Assembly (NCBI RefSeq): GCF_006345805.1
Contig: NC_043009.1
Location: 40,424,001 to 40,488,000, forward strand
Direction: 5' to 3'
Source: Octopus sinensis
Taxonomy: Eukaryota
Length of the DNA stretch: 64,000 nt
The position numbers and the translations under genes are program-made. The notes under the pieces were generated by a model. The model worked only from the letters and a program-made list of their open reading frames with translations, had not been told where the DNA came from and did not search any database. Positions 10,817 through 25,000 of this stretch are shown here, piece after piece; within the stretch, counting starts at the first letter, position 1; every line of letters starts with the position of its first letter.

Positions 10817-12368
10817 TGTGTGTGTATGTGTGTGTGTTTGTATGTGTGTGCTCGTGTGTATCTTTATTGATATCCTTAAAGTAGTGTTTGTACTTACTAA
10901 GTTCTTTGCAGGTGTTTAGTAATGTATGAAGCCAGGTTAGAGTTGATTAACTATTCAGTGAAACCTGCAACATAATTATTTTCGTTGGCTTCTTAATGAA
11001 TATTCAGATATTTATTTGAGTTTACAATGGAATTTGTTTTTATTTTTCTTCACTGCGAAAGTTCAGCAACTTACTGTCACAGCCTGGTTTGTGCTTGGAA
11101 ATACAAGGACTACTTAATCCTTCTGCTACCGATAATTCTATTTGCTGTTCGAAGAATGTTTAATTTTTAACAACAGAGAAAATATTAAATATCTTTCATT
11201 CAACATTTTTTCCCCCTTCTATCACAGTATAAAGAAGGAGAGACTCGCAGTCGAGGACCTCGCTGCATCATAATGCTTCTTAATGTTCCATAAAGCATTC
11301 TGAATAAAAAGAATTTGAACTCATTCTAATTCAAATTGAATAAGATATTTTAGTTCAAAAGTTCATTACTGACTGTCATAGGTGATATGGCACAACTGAA
11401 ATTCTTCTTTGTCTAATACGTTCTATAAAAATATTTTCTACATTCAACCATATACATATTTTATGAGAATATTTGGATTTTATACCAAGTATGCGGATGA
11501 TTTCTTGGAAACGTTTTACTCTATACAAAAGATAATATTAGCCTATTCTTAAAACTTCCTTTATTATCCAGTCTGTAATTGTAGCCATCTTGAAAGACTA
11601 TTGAAACCTTAAAGATCTGCCTACTTTCTACTCAATATATTTATCGCATTCTATATTGCAGGCAAAGTATTTTAAGATTTTTCTATTACGTCTAATGGTT
11701 GCGCTATTTTAACATGACAAACATTTTGGCTATTAAAAATGCACACACCATTTTTATTACTGTAGTATTTCCAAGTTAAGCTAACAATTGACAATAATTT
11801 GACCGCATTCAATAGACCTGAAAATGGCTCCTTTCCCAAATTTGATAACACTGTGAATATATTGTAAAGCAAATATACACAAAATATAAAAACTATTGCA
11901 TGGAACAGAGTATATAACGAAATGCCTCGCAGATGAAAACCAATGAAGTTAATCAACTGAAGATAAGCCAATAGTAGTTCCACTGCGGTTCTGTTAAATT
12001 GAAAAACGGTACTGGAAATAGTTGATGCACGCCATTCATGATAGATTGAATCGGATAGATAATACAGAATATATTATAAAATAGTTAAATATCTGGGGCT
12101 TCTTTGAAATCTCATGATTTCTGTGTAAATATCTTTACGCAGTTTCTTTAGGTGCACAGTTAGAATAGTGACATCTCCAAGATTTAACTTAGATGACCCT
12201 TCTTGTTAATTTCTGCGATTTAAAGCAACGTTCGATACCACCGACTGGGGCGCTAGAATCTTTTATCTGGGTGCCAATGACGAAGAGGGCTGATGGGGAG
12301 ATAGATGCATCTGTACAACTTTTGCCTTGTATTTAAACATTAACTTTTAAAACTTATTGTTAATGCAA

Positions 12369-12438
<70 letters not shown>

Positions 12439-12991
12439 GAGTGAGAGAGCAGTGCATGCCATCAAAGTGACACTGGGGTAAAATATACGAAGCCCAATAT
12501 ACCCATCATGACTACCCGTCTGATAAGGGTACACCAGGCACATGCATCACAACCATATGTGCGTGACATGGTGATCTCATATCAAGATAAACAGCACATG
12601 ACCTTGCAGGTGGGGCCCAGTTAGAATTTTCTTCAGGTTGAGTAGCCCATCCCGCTCAAACGGTCCCTGAATAAGGGTTGTTTAAGGATGTTGAAAGAAC
12701 CACCATGTTTCCAGAGGTGAATTATTCAAACCCCAAAGAATCCCTCTCAACACATGGCTATGATGCTCCCCCACTACTTCTGCTCGTGATCAGAGATGCA
12801 CATATCGTCAGCCACTAAGGGACATGCTCAACTGGTTAAGGTCAAACAACTGACAAGCAAATCTGTGGTATTGAGCAGAATATTTGCTGTAGCCCATCTT
12901 TTATACCAAGACAAAACAATGTACATGATAACACTTCCAATCAGTTAAGATCAGAAGCCATGAGAGCCACTGCCTGGTACTGCATCAGGGC

Positions 12992-12992
<1 letters not shown>
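12439..12992 (-). mobile_element. 554-bp non-coding element inserted in (TAA)n microsatellite
   Basis: Flanked on both sides by (TAT)n. Near-identical to the reverse complement of 58980-59476. Confidence 0.8.
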
Positions 12993-13024
<32 letters not shown>

Positions 13025-13143
13025 CATTATTATTATTATTATTATCATTATTATTATTGTTGTTGTTGTTATTGTTATTATTATTATTATTATTATTATC
13101 ATTATTATTGTTGTTGTTGTTATTGTTATTGTTGTTGTTATTG

Positions 13144-13174
<31 letters not shown>

Positions 13175-13215
13175 TATTATCATTATTATTGTTGTTGTTG
13201 TTGTTGTTATTGTTA

Positions 13216-13246
<31 letters not shown>

Positions 13247-13311
13247 CATTATTATTATTATTATTATTATTATCGTTATTATTGTTGTTGTTGTTGTTGT
13301 TATTGTTATTG

Positions 13312-13381
<70 letters not shown>
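12993..13381. repeat. Compound (TAT)n/(TGT)n/(CAT)n microsatellite
   Basis: Direct reading. Confidence 0.95.
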
Positions 13382-13383
<2 letters not shown>

Positions 13384-13678
13384 GATTGCTACCCAAAATG
13401 ATAACTACAGCAATTGCAATAACAACGGCAACATTGGCAATGTCAATAGACTTCGAAATAGGAATAATAAATAAACTGAAAGTATACACCTAAGAGTGAT
13501 ATTTATATATAATAAAGAATTATTATTTAAAAGTATTTATCAAAATTTGTGGGTATTTCCATACGTGCAATAAAGATGGCTTCTGCACATATAACATTAC
13601 GTAACGTTCTAACAAAGACGTGGAATATATTTGCGATGATCTTAAACATAATTTGTGTCCCTCGTTATTTGACAATGT

Positions 13679-14353
13679 TCATTTCTACTCTAGGCACAAG
13701 GCCCAAAATTTTGGGGAAGGGGGCCAGTCGATTAGATCAACCCCAGTACGCAACTGCTACTTAATTTATCGACCCCGAAAGGATGAAAGGCAAAGTCAAC
13801 CTCGATAGAATTTGAACTCAGAATGTAAGGACAGACGAAATACCTATTTCTTTACTACTCACAAGGGGCTAAACACAGAGAGGACAAACAAGGACAGATA
13901 TAGGTATTAAGTCGATTACATCGACCCCAGTTCGTAACTGGTACTTAATTTATCGACCCCGAAAGGATGAAAGGCAAAGTCGACCTCGACGCAATTTCAA
14001 CTCAGAATGTAAAGACAGACGAAATACCGCTAAGCATTGCGCCCGGCATACTAACGTTTCTTATTTCTTTACTGCCCACAAGGGACTACCCACAGAAGGG
14101 ACATACAAGAACAGACAAATGGATTAAGTCGATTATATCGACCCCAGTGCGTAACTGGTACTTATTTAATCGACCCCGAAAGAATTAAATGCAAAGTCGA
14201 TCTCGTACGAATTTGAACTCAGAGAGTAATCTTTTCTACTCTAGGCACAGGGCCGGATAATTTAGAGGAGAGTACCAGTCGATTAGATCGACTCCAGTAC
14301 GCAACTAGTACTTATTTTATTGACCCCGAAAGGATGAAAGGCAAATTCGACCT
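13679..14353 (-). mobile_element. SINE family B multimer (three linked units plus a separate 3' fragment)
   Basis: The unit gagttcaaattc...gtcgactttgcctttcatcctttcggggtcgat recurs four times, with ~65-bp tttgtccttgtttgtcc linkers. Confidence 0.85.
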
Positions 14354-14483
14354 CTTCTTTCTCTTCTTTATCTTCGTTTTCCTCTTCTTATTTCTCTTCT
14401 TCTTCCTCTTTTTCTTTCCCTTCTTCCTTTCTTCTTATTCCCTCTTCTCCTCCTTTTCTTCTTCATCTTTTTCTTCTTCTTCT

Positions 14484-14517
<34 letters not shown>

Positions 14518-14606
14518 TTTCTTCTTCATCTTCTTCTTCTTCTTCTTCTTCTCCCTCTTCTTCTTCTTCTTCTCCCTCTTCTTCTTCTTCTTCTTCTTCT
14601 TCTTCT

Positions 14607-14649
<43 letters not shown>

Positions 14650-14688
14650 ATCTTTTTCTTCTCCTGCTGCTGCTGCTGCTGCTGCTAT
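14354..14688. repeat. Compound (TCT)n-(TAC)n-(CTG)n microsatellite
   Basis: Direct reading. Confidence 0.95.
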
Positions 14689-15012
14689 CAAACTTCAGAA
14701 CCAAATATGTCTTTGCACCCATAAGCACAATTTTTCAGATCTGCTACTACCTCCCTTAAGAACATACACAAAGGAAAAGAAATAGAGGCAGACCGACAGA
14801 AAAAAAGGAAAATGCCCTACCTATTTGAAGACTATGGAAATATTTAGAAAACATTTCATTTAATTTTTTCTTCAGTTTAACTGTTTTTCTTCTTAATTAA
14901 TATCCACCTTTGCCGGTATTAACCTTTACAAAATGTATTTCATGATAAAAAATATTTTTCTACCTTATCTTATTTTCCTTATACATATCACCTCGTGTGT
15001 TATTTTTCAATG

Positions 15013-15043
<31 letters not shown>

Positions 15044-15080
15044 TGCACACACACATATGTATGTATATGTATGTATGTAT

Positions 15081-15149
<69 letters not shown>

Positions 15150-15151
<2 letters not shown>

Positions 15152-15690
15152 CGCGTGCTTCTTAACCACATGGTTTTGAGTTCAGTCCCACAGCGTAGCA
15201 TCTTCGGCAAGTACCTTCTACTATAGCCTCGGGCCCACCGAAGACCGTCGTATACATATATTTTTGTGTGTGTATGTGTATGTATATATGTATGTATGCA
15301 TGTATGTATTTATGTGTGTGTGTCTTTGTGTCTGTGTTTGTCCCCTCCACTATCGCTTGACAACCGATTTGGTGTGTTTACGCCCCCGTATTTTAGCGGT
15401 TCCGTAAAAGAAACCGATAGAATAAGTCCTGGGGTTGATTTTTTTCGACTGTAAAAAAAAAATCTTTTAGGCGGTGCTCCAGCATGGCCGCAGTCAAATG
15501 ACTGATATGAATAAAAGAATAAAAGAATATATGACATTCTTCCACGCAGTTTCCGACTGTCAAATCCATTCATAAAACCTTGGTTGGCTAAGGGCTATAG
15601 GAAAGACACTTGTCCATTGTACAACGCAATGGAACAGAATCTAAAACCACGAGGCTGCAACGGGAAATTCTTAACCACACCGCTGTACCT
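15150..15690. mobile_element. Two SINE A copies: + (15150-15530, internally deleted) and - 5' half (15535-15690)
   Basis: Similar to full family A copies. Confidence 0.75.
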
Positions 15691-16050
15691 TGCACAGAAC
15701 TATTCTGCAGATGTCAGGGATCCAATTTTATCGCATATTTGCAGTGTTGTCAAACTCGTAAGCGAGTCTGTAATATTCTGTTATCAAATGCGACATCTGT
15801 TGCATTATCTGCTCACTCCCAATTATTAAAACTAATCAATCTGTTGGCTATGATTGATATAAAATTCCAATTTTATTAATGATACAAATCTCATTCTGTA
15901 TTATTAGCTTATTTTGTTCGAACGTCTCTTAGAGTAATATGCAACGAAAACTTATTCCTTTAGAAAGCATTTGAAAATTCCAAAATTAACAGCATCCATT
16001 GGCACGTTTCTTATCAAGCGTAGAAAGGTATGAGACAGAAATATATCCTA

Positions 16051-16100
<50 letters not shown>

Positions 16101-16228
16101 CATCATCATCATCATCATCATATCATCATTCATTATTATTATATTATTATTATTATTATTAATATTATTATTAGTATTATTATATTATTATTATTATTAT
16201 TATTGTTGTTGTTGTTAATATATTATTA

Positions 16229-16274
<46 letters not shown>

Positions 16275-16294
16275 TACTATACTATTACTATTAC

Positions 16295-16335
<41 letters not shown>

Positions 16336-16345
16336 TTATTACTAC

Positions 16346-16420
<75 letters not shown>

Positions 16421-17459
16421 TATTATTATCATTATCATTATTATCATCATCATCATCATTATTATTACTGGAAAATATTTTTGTTTATCTTTCATCTGTT
16501 CTACTTTTCTCTCTCCTTCATCTCATCCTTCGCACTTCCTCCCGCACTTTCTCTACATCTACCTATCCATATCTTTTCTAATTTGGGTGGCGGGGCGGAT
16601 ATCCAGTTCTGTCGGATTCTCGCTATGAAAATAGAGATTCTTTTTCTCTGGATAGACTGGGATAGTTCTCAACTACTTACACTTGACAGGCATAAAGTCT
16701 GGTATTTTTAGAAATGGAATGCGAGATTACATGTTCAGTCTCTTCTCATTATTATTAGTGATGCAAATGAAGTAAAATTGCTTTAGTTAGAAATCGAAAC
16801 CGAGATGCGAAATTATTTAACAAGATGGTAATAGATAAAAACTCGCTTAGTAATAGAAACTTTTGGTTAATGTCTAGGTTGCAAGATATAAGTATAGCAG
16901 TATACGTAATACAACTGATTAAAGTCTTGGGCGATATGTTTTCGGGCAAGATACCTATTTATACTTGGAGATGTAAGCTGCTAGAGCACTCTAATGATGA
17001 CGGAATGGAAACTTTCCAGTCTAAAGGCAAGCTTAGTATCGACTCAGACTTTTATGAATTTCATTATGTGTGTGTGTATGTGTGTGTGCGTGTGTGTGTG
17101 TGGTGTATGTGTGTGTGTCTGTGCGTGTGTGTAGAAACGGTGATGATAGGCTTGGGAATCCGTTAAACAATTTTGATTTTCATTTGTATCCATTCCGCTA
17201 TTTTTAAGCCAATAACGTTCTGAAGAAAGGCATGGTGATTACAACTTCCATTTTATTTTGTCCGATGCCAATAAGGCTTACGACTCTTCGATTGACACAA
17301 CCATTCACTCGTCCATCCATTTTCTCCGCTCACAATTTTTGTGAGGACTGGGTGTAGTCCTGGGACACCTCCTCCATATCGTCTCATAACAACAATTACG
17401 CTTTTCCGCTGGATACCCAAGCGAGGCTAACTGAAATTATCGATATTATCTAGATATGT

Positions 17460-18085
17460 AAGGCGGCGAGCTGGCAGAAACGTTAGGACGTCGGGCGAAA
17501 GGCTTAGCGGTATTTCGTCTGCCGCTACGTTCTGAGTTCAAATTCCGCCGAGGTCGACTTTGCCTTTCATCCTTTCGGGGTCGATTAAATAAGTACCAGT
17601 TACGCACTGGGGTCGATATAATCGACTTAATCCGTTTGTCCTTGTTTGTCCTCTCTGTGTTTAGCCCCTTGTGGGTAGTAAAGAAATAGGTATTTCGTAT
17701 ACCGTTACGTTCACAGTTCAAATTCCGCCGAAGTCGACTTTGCCTTTCATCCTTCCGGGACCGATAGATTAAGTATCAGTTACGCACTGGGGTCGATCTA
17801 ATAGACTGGTCCCCTCTCCCAATATTTCTGGCTTGTGATTAGAGTAGAAATGGATATTTTCTAGCCATGTAATGGGGCCAGCTAGCAGAATCATTAGCAT
17901 GCCGGGCAAAAGGCTTAAAGGCATTTCATCCGCCTCTACGTTCAGAGTTCAAATTCTACCGAGGTCGACTTTGCCTTTTATCGTTTCGGTGTAGATAGAG
18001 AAGTACCAGTTGAACACTGAAGAAGATGTAATCGACTTACTCTCCCAAACCTGCTGGTTTTGTGCTAAAATTTGAAACCGATATT
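17460..18085 (+). mobile_element. SINE family B dimer (17460-17858) plus older monomer (17866-18085)
   Basis: Head ggcggcgagctggcagaaacgttag, B box gagttcaaattcc, duplicated body. Confidence 0.9.
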
Positions 18086-18289
18086 ATCTAACCCTCTTGT
18101 TCGTGATCTACCCCTAGGTCTCCTGCCGGCTGTTTCGGCTTGAAGAATCCGTCTTGCGATTCTTTCATACGACTTTCAAATTAGAGGTCTGCAGTAGCAG
18201 ACTTTTGGCTTTTCAATGCAAAGTAGCAGCTCGATCTGGAAAGTTTCCCTGAGCTCCGAACTACACACTCCGTCGATTAATGTTCCCCC

Positions 18290-18410
18290 AAAGACTCAAA
18301 CATGTTTTCTTCAATTCGATTTTTGTCCCTATCCTAATCTATGGTCATAAATGTTGGATGGTGACCGAAAGAGCATGATCGAGAATACAAGTGACCAAAA
18401 TTGAAAGAAA
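18290..18410 (+). mobile_element. RTE-clade LINE fragment
   Basis: LKHVFFNSIFVPILIYGHKCWMVTERA*SRIQVTKI resembles the post-RT motif ..IYRSIFVPTLTYGHE.W..TER...RIQAAEM. Confidence 0.6.
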
Positions 18411-19821
18411 CAGCCAGTTATAGTACGGACAACAGAAGAAAATCTTAGGATCATTTCCGTTTATTTCTTTGTTAAAATCACATTATTTCTGTCACATTAT
18501 TTTGGAAAGTTTATGAAAATCTCTGTTATAATCTTCGCTGAAATTATAGGGAAGTTGATTTTAGAATAAATCAATATTGTTATATCATATTTTACAGCCT
18601 TTATTTAACTGAAACAAAATATATCTCTGAATATGTTCCACCCATCATCACCACCAACCCCGTCGCTTCCTTAATCTATCTTTTGTGTCTACATGTCCAT
18701 GCAAGCAGCCATTTATAGTTCCATACACCCGCTTCTCTTTTTTAATCACTTAGTTTAGAATCATTAATCCAAGCTAGTCTATTATTTGGCGTTATTTTCC
18801 CATTAGTTTAATCTTGACGAATAGGAAAACTTCGATTCTTCTCTCGATTTTAAATAGAACAGGCTATCAATAAGTGACGGAAAAGATTCAATTAAATTCC
18901 GATTTATAAACCGCACCTTCCCACTCTGTTGTTGAATTCAAGCTGTGATTAATGCAAAACAAGTCAGAATTGCATCAAAGCTACAGTTGATCTCTTTCAG
19001 CACACCTTCTATAGTTAATTGGCAGAAACATTGAAGGGACGAGGTAAAGACTGGGAGAATACAAGCATTAAGTAAAGGTGAATAATAACAACCAGACCAA
19101 ATTGAAAAAGACACAATTCATGGAATCAATTTCGTGTTTTCTTAAGGAATGTGTGACAAAGCATTGAAAAACAAATTTCAACCTCATTCTATACAACCAT
19201 CTTAGATTCTATGTGGTGCATGTATTTATTGTATTAAATTTCTAAATAGATGATAAACTATTTGTTTGCTATTGTTATGAAATGAAACTGTAAGCAAGTT
19301 ACTTACTGTAATTCTGAGATTACGTGAATGCAATTCGTACCGGTTACACTTATACAATGTTAAGATATTCTGTACGGGTTTTTCTTTTTCCTAACTTTAG
19401 TATTGTACAGAAAAATATTCAGCTTGAAACTATAACGGCCAAATGTGTCTGTAATTGGATTGAGATTCTACTAAACAGAAAATAAAATTGCCGGATTGTC
19501 AGAGGGAAAAAGGTTTACTTGCTCTCTAAAGCTTTTAAACTATTATATAAAATGAACAAGAAAATGCCTATACCTTTTTTATGGATGTGAACATTTTTAT
19601 GTGCATCTAAAAAAAACACATGCATCATAGATAAATGTGTAAGCACAAGAAAACATACACAAGAAAGCATCCATCGTAACATGCATGTTTATATAATAAG
19701 GGTATTGGTTGTTTAAAAAACAACTGCGCAGAGTGGTGTATGGCCAGAAGCAAACTAAGAGAAAAGTGAATGCATTTCTATTCCCAGTTTCAACATTTTC
19801 TTTCATTTGCTTCTGTTATAC

Positions 19822-20060
19822 ATGATGAGAAAGCATGAACATTATAACTTAATGTTATCCAATCTTTGAAAAATCTTACTTTACAAATGTTTGAAACGCA
19901 TTAAGGATTATGTGACTGTATGCAGAAGATATATTGAAGGTATTGGGTGAAAGTATTTAAGTGAAAGTATTGTTTCTGATATTTTTGTTTTTACTTAATT
20001 ACAGAAGGAAGGACAGAACCCATAACACTTTTTAGGGAACTCCAAAAATGCTAGGAAGAA

Positions 20061-20062
<2 letters not shown>
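19822..20062 (+). pseudogene. Two exon-like segments (19822-19939, 20005-20062) of a putative DED-like gene, with in-frame stops
   Basis: A 65-nt GT..AG intron joins them in matching phase 1 to give HYNLMLSNL*KILLYKCLKRIKDYVTVCRRYIE-E-GRTEPITLFRELQKC*EE. Helix pattern resembles DED helices 1-4 (by-eye comparison with FADD and caspase-8). Confidence 0.3.
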
Positions 20063-20123
<61 letters not shown>

Positions 20124-21355
20124 CAGCAGCTGCTGCTGCTGCACCAAATTTTGCCTTGAATACTTAAAATTGATCGGTTTTCCTACCTCATAATGGAGGG
20201 TCGGTCAATTATGTGTGCTTCAATTTAGAATAAGGGATCCGTATAAATTTAAAGCTTTCTTGAGAATACATTCAGTATTGTAGCTGCATGAAGCTGGTCA
20301 CGCAAAAATTTATACTACTCACATTTCATGTAGACTTAGAAAAAAATGCATATTGAAAAACACCAGTCAATATGTACTTACTTGATGACCATCTTAAAAG
20401 TATTTCCTGTTGTGTCTATCATAGAACGTGTGTGTGCGAGCGTGCGTGTGTGTGTAATGTATGTGCGTGTGTGTGTGTGTGGTGTGTGTGTTGTGTGTGT
20501 GTGTATGTGTGTGTGTGCATCAAAGCGATATGAAGTACGACACGTCACGATAGGCGAGATTGCGGAATGCAAGCCGACTTATAGAAGATACAGAAAAGAA
20601 GTATCATATTCAATGCTTTATAGAACATACACGCGTTGCACCGAATTACCGACATAATTACATAAAGGCTGTAGTAACATTACATAATCTTGCACCGCAC
20701 CTCATCCGTGTTCCATAATAAATACGACAGATGTTCAAGGTTCATATATATTTAGGTTTCTGTCAACTGTATTCGATTTGTAAAATAGTAGTCGAGATTA
20801 CGTTGGAAGATATTTCCCCCTAAGCATGTGTCCTCTGCCAGTTGGATCGAATCGAGACCAATTGGTTAAAAAGAAAACATCTTAACCACATACCACTGAA
20901 GTCTTATCGTCGCTTTCTTAGAAAACTTTAGCGATCAATTGCTATCCTAGATTGTTATCAGTTACAACATAAATAATATTCTCTGATGAAATGAAGATTA
21001 AATAAAAATTGCCTTAACCAGTTATGTATGTGTAAATACATACATACATACATATATATTAATTGTCATGTGAGTGTGTGTGTACGTGAATATATATATA
21101 AATATATGGAAACGTATTTGCGTCTTGGTTATTTGAAAATGACGTGTGCGTATGTATGTGTGTACGTATGTAGTTCTGTGAATGTGTGTAGAGAAATATT
21201 TATGTATTCCTAAATGCATAAACACACGACTCCATGATGTCTTTAGCTTTGCTGTTTTTCTATTTTCTTAGAAATACATATATTCTTTAAAATTTATGTA
21301 TTTTGTGGATGTGGATTTATATATGTCTGTCTGTTTGTCTGTCTGTTTCTCTCTT

Positions 21356-21418
<63 letters not shown>

Positions 21419-21984
21419 GCGTATATATGTCTCTGTGTGTATAGATAGATATGTAGATAGATAATATAACATACATATATGTATTATGTAAATATTAGGG
21501 AGAGAGGGAGAAAGAGATAGTAGGTATAAGAAATACTAATTTTGTTTTATTAAGTGATATTTTGAAATATTATGTAATAGAATAATTATTTCTCTGTTAT
21601 ACGAGCAAATTTATTTCAATATAAAGTGCATAACGTTCATGCCTTTCCCAGAGTAGGTTAGCCGCAGACTCGATCGGAAATGTAAACTGGACGCATCACC
21701 TGAAGATCCCAAATGAAGCATCTGTCTTGTTTTGTGGTACTCACAACTCTTATACGTGTACGTGTGTGCGTGTGTGTGTGTGTATTAAAGAGTAAGGAAA
21801 ACAAAACGAAGGTAGGACGAGTATCTCAAGTCATTTAGAATATCTAAATAGAGTAAGCCTACCATGGATACCTAGCTCCAGCGCAGCCCCATCTGTGAAC
21901 TTGGAACCTAACGGATGACCGATTATAGCACTGACAAAGGGTACATATTGGTGTAGATCATTAGCGAACTAAAACCCTCATATT

Positions 21985-22107
21985 CTTTGGGTTCAGTCCC
22001 ACTACGTGGCACCTTGGGCAAGTGTCTTCTACTAAAACCTCGGGCGGACCAAAGCCAAAGGATTTGGTAGACGGAAATTAAAACATGCCCATCGATATGA
22101 TATATAG

Positions 22108-22140
<33 letters not shown>

Positions 22141-22714
22141 GACTTGTTTTAGTCATTTGACTGAGGCCATGCTGCAGCACCGCGTTTAGTCGACCAAATC
22201 GACCCCAGGACTTAATTTTTGTAAGCCTAGTACTTATTCTATCAGTTCTCTTTAGCCGAACCGCTAAGTTACGGGGACGTAAACACACCAGCGTCGTTTG
22301 TCAAGCGATGTTGGTGAGACAAGCACAAACATACAAGCATATACACCACACAAACACACACACATACACACATACATACATATATATATATGTATATATG
22401 TATATGTATATGTATGTATATATATATTATATATATATATATATATATACATATATATATGTACATATATATATATATATATATATGTATGCATGTGTGT
22501 TTGTGTGTGTGTATATGCTTGTTTGTGCTTGTCTCACCAACATCGCTTGACAAACGACGCTGGTGTGTTTACGTCCCCGTAACTTAGCGGTCGGCTAAAG
22601 AGAACTGATAGAATAAGTACTAGGCTTACAAAAAATAAGTCCTGGGGTCGATTTGCTCGACTAAACGCGGTGCTGTAGAATGGCCTCAGTCAAATGACTA
22701 AAACAAGTAAAAGA
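21985..22714 (+). mobile_element. SINE A with an inverted duplicate of its own 3' half (head +, tail - at 22140-22330, tail + at 22500-22714)
   Basis: The two tails share private variants (gactaaaac, ggcctcag, taaacgcgg, aaacgacgctgg, gctaaagagaactg). Confidence 0.8.
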
Positions 22715-22715
22715 A

Positions 22716-22756
<41 letters not shown>

Positions 22757-23501
22757 TCACATATACACACACACACAAACACATTACCAGTACCAACATG
22801 CACAGAACGTACACGCACACACATACACACGCACCACCACCAGGACAATGATAACAACACATACATACTCAGATAGACACACAAACACCACACACACACT
22901 CACGTACACACATATAGAGACGTGCACAGAGAGACACACACTCACACCTTTCTGATCTCTAAGACCAGTCCCCAAAACCACTGAACCATGACAGACTAGG
23001 CCAAAAACAAAAAAAAAATTCCTGATTCCACATTGCTCTTCCTTCGCCCCAAACCAACCTCCTACACTGTCCCTTAAATTAGCAAACATCCCTTACCTAA
23101 ACATAAAACAAAATGCCAGAAAGACAGGCCAGTTGTTCCCTTACGATTTTTTGTAAATTCTTAAATATATCTCCTTCTGTGTATATATATACTACCAAAC
23201 AAACACGATTGTTATTGAACTCAAAATGTTTTTGGGAGTCACGTTCTGATTACTTTCTTAAATACTTTCTTGTAAACTGATTTCAAAATGTTATTATTAT
23301 TATTATTATCAAAGGATGTATATATGTATTTTAATACTTTTGTGATAACCAGTACTGAACACAACTAAGTTCATACAAAGCTTTACATTTTACTTTTGAC
23401 AATCTTTTTCTAAAACAGTGAAACCGGTCACTGAATAAACATCTTTTAAAATTGCATTTCAAACCTTCTTTCATATATATATATATGCATTTACATATGT
23501 G

Positions 23502-23561
<60 letters not shown>

Positions 23562-24169
23562 CATATATATAATATGCATATGTACTTGGTAGATCGCGGC
23601 ACGTAACAAATTTCGGGCCCCACTTTCTACTTCTACGCACAGTGTGTTATGATGCGGGACATCAAACAACGGGATGTGATAATGTGCGGAATAGGCGCTA
23701 CGTAAGAGCATTGATGAAATTCAGCAAGCATATATCACATTTGACATGTACCATAAGTTTTCTGCATTTTATTAACACAATATGTGTGTGTGTGCGAGCG
23801 GGCGTTTCATTGAATGTATGTAGGAATGTGTGTATCTGTACGTATATATGTATGTGTATATATATATGCTGAAAGATATTTTCTATTTCCCTTCATCTCT
23901 TAACATTGCATAACAAAGAAGTCGGTTGTAATAAAGTAAATAAGTTATCCTGGTGGTACATTCGCCCCTAAAATAGTGTAATAGCATGTGTTACCTTTCT
24001 AAAATGTGAGAAGTTATGTCGACTAAAATCAAAGTGGTAATTAGATCCTACTTGCAAAAACGTATGTACTCAGAACTTTCCCTCCTCTTCTTAGCATACT
24101 GTGCTCTGCTACGCCAAATATATTCTTAATAATAGTATTTCTTAATAGTAGGCGTTGTGAGCTGGTAGA

Positions 24170-24667
24170 ACTGTCAGCGTGTCTCCACCCACACAAAAAA
24201 TTGCGAAGTGGGTATTTTAATATTTTTTATTTTTCGGCTCTTAAAATTCTGAGTTCAAATCCCGCCGAGATCAACTTTGTTTTTCATTCCTTCGGGGTAG
24301 ATGAAATAAAGTCACTGTCAAGTATTCAGATCGATTCAAGCTATTTGTCCTATCAACCTCAAAATTGCTGGCCTCGAAAAATGCAATGGTTCGGTGACAT
24401 TTCCAAGAGACATGTTGTGATTTCGGTCACTTAGAAAGCATGAAAACAGGATACACGGCGTTATGATTCTTAGAGTAAAGAACAAATAGTTGGCGTGGCT
24501 ATGTGGTAAGAAGTTTGCTCTCCAGCCACATGGTTTCTGGTTCAGTCTCACTGCGTGGCACCTTGGGCGAGTGTCTTCTACTAGAGCTCCGTGTCGACCA
24601 AAGCCTTGTGGGTGGATTTGGTAGACGGAAACTGAAAGAAGCCCGTCGTGTGTATATATATATATAC

Positions 24668-24718
<51 letters not shown>

Positions 24719-24722
24719 TATG

Positions 24723-24754
<32 letters not shown>

Positions 24755-25000
24755 TGTATGTATGTATGTATGTATGCATGTATGTATGTATGAGTTTACT
24801 TGTGTGTGTGTTTGTCCCTAGCTATCGCTTGACAACCGATACCAGTGTGTTTATGTGCCTGTAAAATAGCTGTTCGGTAAAAGTGATCGATAGATAGGCT
24901 TACAAAGAATAAGTCCTGTGCGCGATTTCTTCGACTACAGCTCTTTACGGTCGTGCTCCAGAATCGCCGCAGTCAAATGACTGAAACAAGTAAAAGAATA
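24170..25000 (+). mobile_element. Degenerate SINE B (24170-24385) and full SINE A (24492-25000)
   Basis: Similar to families B and A. Confidence 0.8.

Noticed and set aside
12505-12560. ctgataag near stems in the TAA element as a hammerhead
   Set aside because: G8 is replaced by A and there is no GAAA in position.
12941-13489. Long poly-Ile/Leu/Thr ORFs
   Set aside because: Translations of (TAT/TGT)n microsatellite.
15999-16711. 209-aa and 160-aa Tyr/Ile/His-rich ORFs
   Set aside because: Trinucleotide repeat translations.
17270-17430. RT motif DANKAYDS
   Set aside because: Too short and degenerate to assign.
21652-21736. Possible extra exon SRLAADSIGNVNWTHHLKIPNEASVLFC
   Set aside because: Weak donor (GTACTC), upstream phase mismatch and no recognisable motif.
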